From Chara braunii (lineage: Eukaryota > Plantae > Charophyceae): 55,879 nt of DNA. Made by a program: the position numbers and the translations under genes. Below the pieces are notes generated by a model. The model had not been told where the DNA came from. It made no database searches and was given only the letters and a program-made list of their open reading frames with translations. Below are positions 51,501-55,879 of this stretch, piece by piece; the first letter of the stretch is position 1; each line of letters begins with the position of its first letter. The DNA lies in contig BFEA01000025.1 of assembly GCA_003427395.1 (NCBI GenBank), forward strand, positions 510,640-566,518, given 5' to 3'.

Positions 51501-53960
51501 AGGGTGAGGACACCTTGGGCGTGAGTACGAGACAAAACTTCACCTTCAGTCAAAGCATTGACGAGGTCAAGAATTGTCGGAGTAACCGTTGACGAACATT
51601 GGCGGACCAATTTTTGTGGGAATATAATCAATGCTCGGAGCTTTGTCCAATGGAAGTTGCTGGATAGCTCGCCTCATCTCCAAATAGGTGAAGGCGATAT
51701 AAATATATGCGTTTTGTTGATATGTGAGTCCAGAAAGCAAAGCGGGCCAGATGTGTGTTTAGCAATGCTCTTCCATATCAATGTCTTGGATTCTGTTGGT
51801 AAAAAGATCTGTGTAAAATGTTGTGGCGTATTGTAATATTTGTTCTGTTGTATGAGCATTAGGTTGGGTGAGATGAAAGGGGTGTTGTAATTCTAGTATC
51901 ATAATATCCATGTTAAAAGTTCATCACCGGGCAAAGTGGGTCTTAGTCATTTGATCTCCTGCAGCCAACCACTTACGCTTTATGCATATAACCGAACGTT
52001 GATGTTCAGTTATATGATGGTGCAAAGAAGATTCTACATTCGCACGGTAGAGTTCAAAAAGGATAACATCAAAAATGGTAGAGTCAGACAGTTTAGTGTA
52101 GATATCTTGAAGTAACTGTGTATAAAGTTTGGCTTGTTGGAGTCGGTAATGTTCCGGCAGTTCGGTGTGACTGAGTCGAACCAAATAGTCAAATGCCAAG
52201 GACAGTCATTTTGATGAAGAAAAGTGTGGTGGCATTGTGGACATGTCAAATTTTCAAGTATCCTGAACATATTAATATTTTTTTCATCACGTGTGAGTCA
52301 TGCTGGAAATCTGTAGAGATCTTTGTATCGACGAATCTGTAGTTCACGTTTAAGAGTGACAAGCAATGGGAGACGATATGAACCAGGAGTACGGACAACC
52401 TCCACTTGTTGAAGTAAGGGTAATAAGTGAGTCGTGACAAACCATATGTTCAAGCGGCTGCGAGGCAGACATTGAGTATTAGTCAAAGATGTTCCAATCC
52501 ATGTATATGAAGGATCGCTGAGGTTGAAGCGCCTGTAGGCATCTATCCAACCATGGTGTGGAAGAATTGCTATCAACTTCAGTGCTTCACGTGAGGGCGA
52601 TTGTGGCGTTGTGGAATCAATGTAAGGGTGCAAAACTGTGTTCTAGTCCCCTATAAGGATGAGTCGGTCTAAAGAAGGGACTGTACTTGGCAAGAAATCA
52701 AAAAAATAAGGCCGCTGTCGTGGTGCAACAGGGGCATATATATTATAAATGCCCCACATTTGTCCATCCAATTCAAAGACAACCCAAATTCATTCGCTTT
52801 CATCGTCCCATAAATAATCTTTTAACTCAATAGGAAGATTCCGCGAAAAAAAGATTGTCACGCCACCGACAGACGGACCCAAAATTGAGGACCACGCCAT
52901 CATGATAATTGACGGTTGAAAGTTTGTCTGTCCAATTTGGTTTCTTGTAAACAGACAATGGTCGCTCCATGATTTCGAACCACTGTTTTGATCAGGGATC
53001 GTTTGTGCGCTACTTGACGAGATCCAAGTCCCAATATATTCCCAGACAAAATTTTAACTTTGTCCATTGCCCAATCACCAGAGGAGAGGAGGAAACGAAT
53101 CATAAGTGAATTTAGAAGCCATGTGAATTTAAAATTCCACGCACTGTTTGAAACAAGCGAATAATGTTTTTTCATTTTATTTGATTCTCACTCTCCTACA
53201 CCAGTTGTTGTTTTTTTGTCAATAATTTCTAAAGCAGGAGTACTAGCTTTAACTATTTGAATATTAAATATAATATTTTTTAGTGTACAACAAGACAAAA
53301 TTTCATCTTACAAATATTGACTATACTTAGTATGATTGTAGAAAATCTTTTAGCTATGGTTCAAACAAACATGAAATGATTTTTTATAAAAAATCAAAAA
53401 TTAAAAAGAATCTAGTTATTATTTTTATACTTTGCATTCTACAATGTCTAATAACAAACTTCTTATCATTATAATTATAAATTGTCTTATGATTGTTATA
53501 AATTGATAATTTGTAGAATTATTTTTATTAAAGTTTTGATGAAAATTTCATTAACTCCAATACTTATTTTTCTGTGACTGTTGCTTTAAAAAGACGTGAA
53601 GGTTCAAATTTATGGGGTTGTTTTTGTGACTGGGTTACCAACACTGAAAAGTTGAAAAGCGACTATACATTGGATGGTTTGGTGTATTAACTCTTACTTT
53701 TTTTTATTGCAACATATGAATTTATCATTGCTTTTATTGCAGCAAGTCTTTGATGTTCTTTAATAGCGACTGGGACAAAGTTATCAACGACAACTAAAAT
53801 ATCAACGATACCGAGTCTTGTTATATCACCAGAGAAGAGAATTGCAGTAACCACTTGTAAATGCCCTCCAGTTCTCCCCATTCGGGGTGAACTAACAAAG
53901 GTTGTCAAGATTATACGGGGGCCTATGGGTAGGCGAGGTTTTTTTGCGGGCAAGGAAGGA
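48560..53960 (-). mobile_element. Decayed L1/Tx1-type LINE: ORF2 53067 to ~48970 (APE-RT-zf), ORF1 remnant ~53590-53960, A-rich tail
   Basis: MDKVKILSGNILGL..CLQETKL; RPITLTTTLYKVISRMLANR; SVRQGCPLAPYLY; FVDD; CAAC...EDQHHLWINC; many stops and frameshifts. Confidence 0.93.
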
Positions 53961-54419
53961 GATGATTCATTCTTTGGGAGGGGGGGGGGGGGGTGAAAGG
54001 GCTACATCGATGGTGTGTCCGACGGTTGAAAGCAGGGTTTGACCCTCGCCTCACCGCCTTTCATCCAACAATATGTGCACTTTTGCTAAAACCAAAGCCT
54101 TCATGCAGCGGTTGAAAGCAGGGTTTGACCCTCGCCTGAATGCCTTTCATCCAACAATGTGCGCACTTTTGTTATAACCAAAGCCCTCGTCCAATTGCTG
54201 CTCACCTTCATGATCACAAAATTGTGCCAGTCTTGCTGGTTAAGGGAGGTGTGTATCCAATAAGCTAAAGTTTAGCTATGGCTCCTTAGGGATAAGCTTT
54301 GACTCTTTAGGTTTTACTTGTCTCTTTTGAGTTGTCTTTGTTTCTCCTTTGTTTCTCCTTCGCCATGCTAGACCCCCCCCCTATCGTTCGTCCATGTTGG
54401 ATTCATTTGAGGATAATTG

Positions 54420-54903
54420 ATTTAGTAAGGTAGAGTTCGGTCGCTGAGGAGCATGGGGTCAATCCTTCCCGATTGAGGGAGTAATCAAGTAGCATAGGGA
54501 AGCTGTCTCCATGGGAGCAGTAGCCAAGGCTCTTCCAGCCTTAATGGGAAGAGGCGTGAGTTGCTTCTGAATTCGATTCTATAATATGAGCCTTGGCACG
54601 GGGCCCCTTTGTTCAAAGAAAGAGAAAAAAAAACAAAAATAAACAGCATTCTTCCACTTGCCTGCAGGTATGTCCCATAGGTCCCCCACAGAGAAAACTC
54701 CTTTCTTTACCCAGGACAGCGAGTGTGATCCTTGCCTAATGGAGAACGGCTGCCCTTGGGAGTACAGGATTTGTGGGTTTCCAAACCCCGGTTGCCTCCA
54801 GGCCTCATGCAACCTCGCTGCTGGTGGGGACTTGACAGGTCCTATGTCTCTCCATAAGGCGACAAGGGAGGCCCACAACGTGAAACTGAGAGAAGAAAAT
54901 AAT
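54420..54903 (-). pseudogene. L1 ORF2 3' fragment
   Basis: WRQPGFGNPQI...GQPF...WVKKGVFSVGDLWD, paralogous to the 49794-50174 segment. Confidence 0.75.
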
Positions 54904-55314
54904 GGGATAATGTGCAAAATACCGCCATGAGTCGAGATATATGCCAAAATGCCCCTGAAAGATGTGTGTAGAGGGTAATCCCCTTTGGGGCCGAAAGCTT
55001 TGTGTTATGCCCCTGTTAGGTGGGTGTACAAATTTGCGATCTGGACCTCCCCGTTTGGGCCTTGGCCTTTCGCAATCGCCCCTAGGAAAAGGTGGCAAGT
55101 ACTGGGACATTTCGCAAAATTTGACGGTACCCGGTAGGGGTATATTGAAAAGATGGGGGTCCAACCGGCACAAGGTGGGTATTTCACAAAATGTTCTTTT
55201 TGTCAGAGGGGCATACCGGTCTACGCTCATAATTCAGGGGCATTTTGGCATATATCTTACTTATGGGGGTATTTTGCATTAAATAAATTCAGAATTACTT
55301 TTGGCATATATCCC
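54904..55314. mobile_element. Mutator-like MITE with ~50-bp TIRs; related TIR remnant at ~47660-47710
   Basis: TGCAAAATACC.CCAT.AGT..GATATATGCCAAAATGCCCCTGAA inverted at ~55233-55278; TSD not resolved, right end uncertain. Confidence 0.65.
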
Positions 55315-55474
55315 AAAAAACGCAAGACGAGGATTCAAACCTATACCACTGGGCGGCCGTCATTCGCAGGGAACTGGGTGTGAGGCGGCTTTTGGAGGCG
55401 GAAGCGTTTGTCAGTCCCCAGCCGCTCTTCTGCTTTCGCTATTGCCTTCGTCGTCGCTCGCCGTAGCCGTCAAG

Positions 55475-55720
55475 ATGCAGAACGAGGAGGGAGACAACGT
55501 CGATCTCTACATCCCCCGCAAGTGCTCCTCGACGAATCGGTTGATTACGTCGAAGGACCATGCTTCCGTCCAGATCAATGTTGGGCATCTTGACGAGAAT
55601 GGCGTCTACAGGGGCAACTTCACCACGTTCGCACTGTGCGGCTATGTCCGTGCGCAGGGCAGTGCTGACAGTGCACTCGATCAGCTGTGGATGAAGAAGA
55701 AGGCGGAACTTGGTCAATGA
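55475..55720 (+). CDS. RPS21: 40S ribosomal protein S21 (eS21), intronless, 81 aa
   Basis: [66 protein letters not shown]; pyrimidine-rich leader. Confidence 0.96.
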   Translation: MQNEEGDNVDLYIPRKCSSTNRLITSKDHASVQINVGHLDENGVYRGNFTTFALCGYVRAQGSADSALDQLWMKKKAELGQ

Positions 55721-55731
55721 ATATATATATA

Positions 55732-55879
55732 TCTCGTCACAAACAGAACTGCCCGGTAAACCGTAGGTAGAGAGAGAGAAGAGGACAACAAACGAGGGGC
55801 TGTGACAAACTGTTTCGTCGGAGTTTCACCGACTCATCAGGAGGCTGAACCCTAGAGAGAGAGAGAGAGAGAGAGAGAG
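55732..55879. mobile_element. Left end of a (TA)n-inserted inverted-repeat element carrying the hammerhead
   Basis: About 65 bp near-identical to 47978-48043, where the copy closes with the inverted terminus GGCAGTTCTATTTGACGA-(TA)n. Confidence 0.65.
55804..55847 (-). ncRNA. Hammerhead ribozyme core (stem I partner not visible in the window)
   Basis: Minus strand CTGATGA-GTCGG-TGAAACT-CCGAC-GAAAC (55840-55812): exact catalytic core with a perfect 5-bp stem II. Confidence 0.75.

Noticed and set aside
55301-55474. 58-aa N-terminal extension of RPS21 in the ORF track
   Set aside because: It starts at a TTG inside the MITE end; the conserved protein begins at ATG 55475

Overview
Eukaryotic, transposon-saturated nuclear DNA. 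The gypsy, Harbinger and L1 protein styles, (GA)n tracts and very long introns suggest a charophyte such as Chara; this is inference. Host content is the last three coding exons of a SUVR1/2/4-type histone-lysine SET methyltransferase gene (+; 6587-6653, 9583-9633, 22076-22237, missed by the ORF track) and an intact, intronless RPS21 ORF (55475-55720). The SET-gene introns hold a decayed chromovirus (gypsy) element with its 3' LTR, a U2 snRNA-like fragment split by a stack of tRNA-derived SINE heads, an 8-bp-TSD MITE, and a 9.1-kb PIF/Harbinger element carrying a third, unassigned ORF besides transposase and Myb/SANT. Downstream lie a U6-like pseudogene, foldback/TTAA/hAT-like/Mutator-like MITEs and several decayed L1-type LINEs. 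One LINE carries a group II intron RT fragment and a 1.8-kb poly(A) retroposon with an orphan ORF. At the window end is a (TA)n-inserted inverted-repeat element with a perfect hammerhead ribozyme core on the minus strand. The strongest novelty candidates are the hammerhead-bearing element, the three-gene Harbinger, and the U2-site SINE stack.
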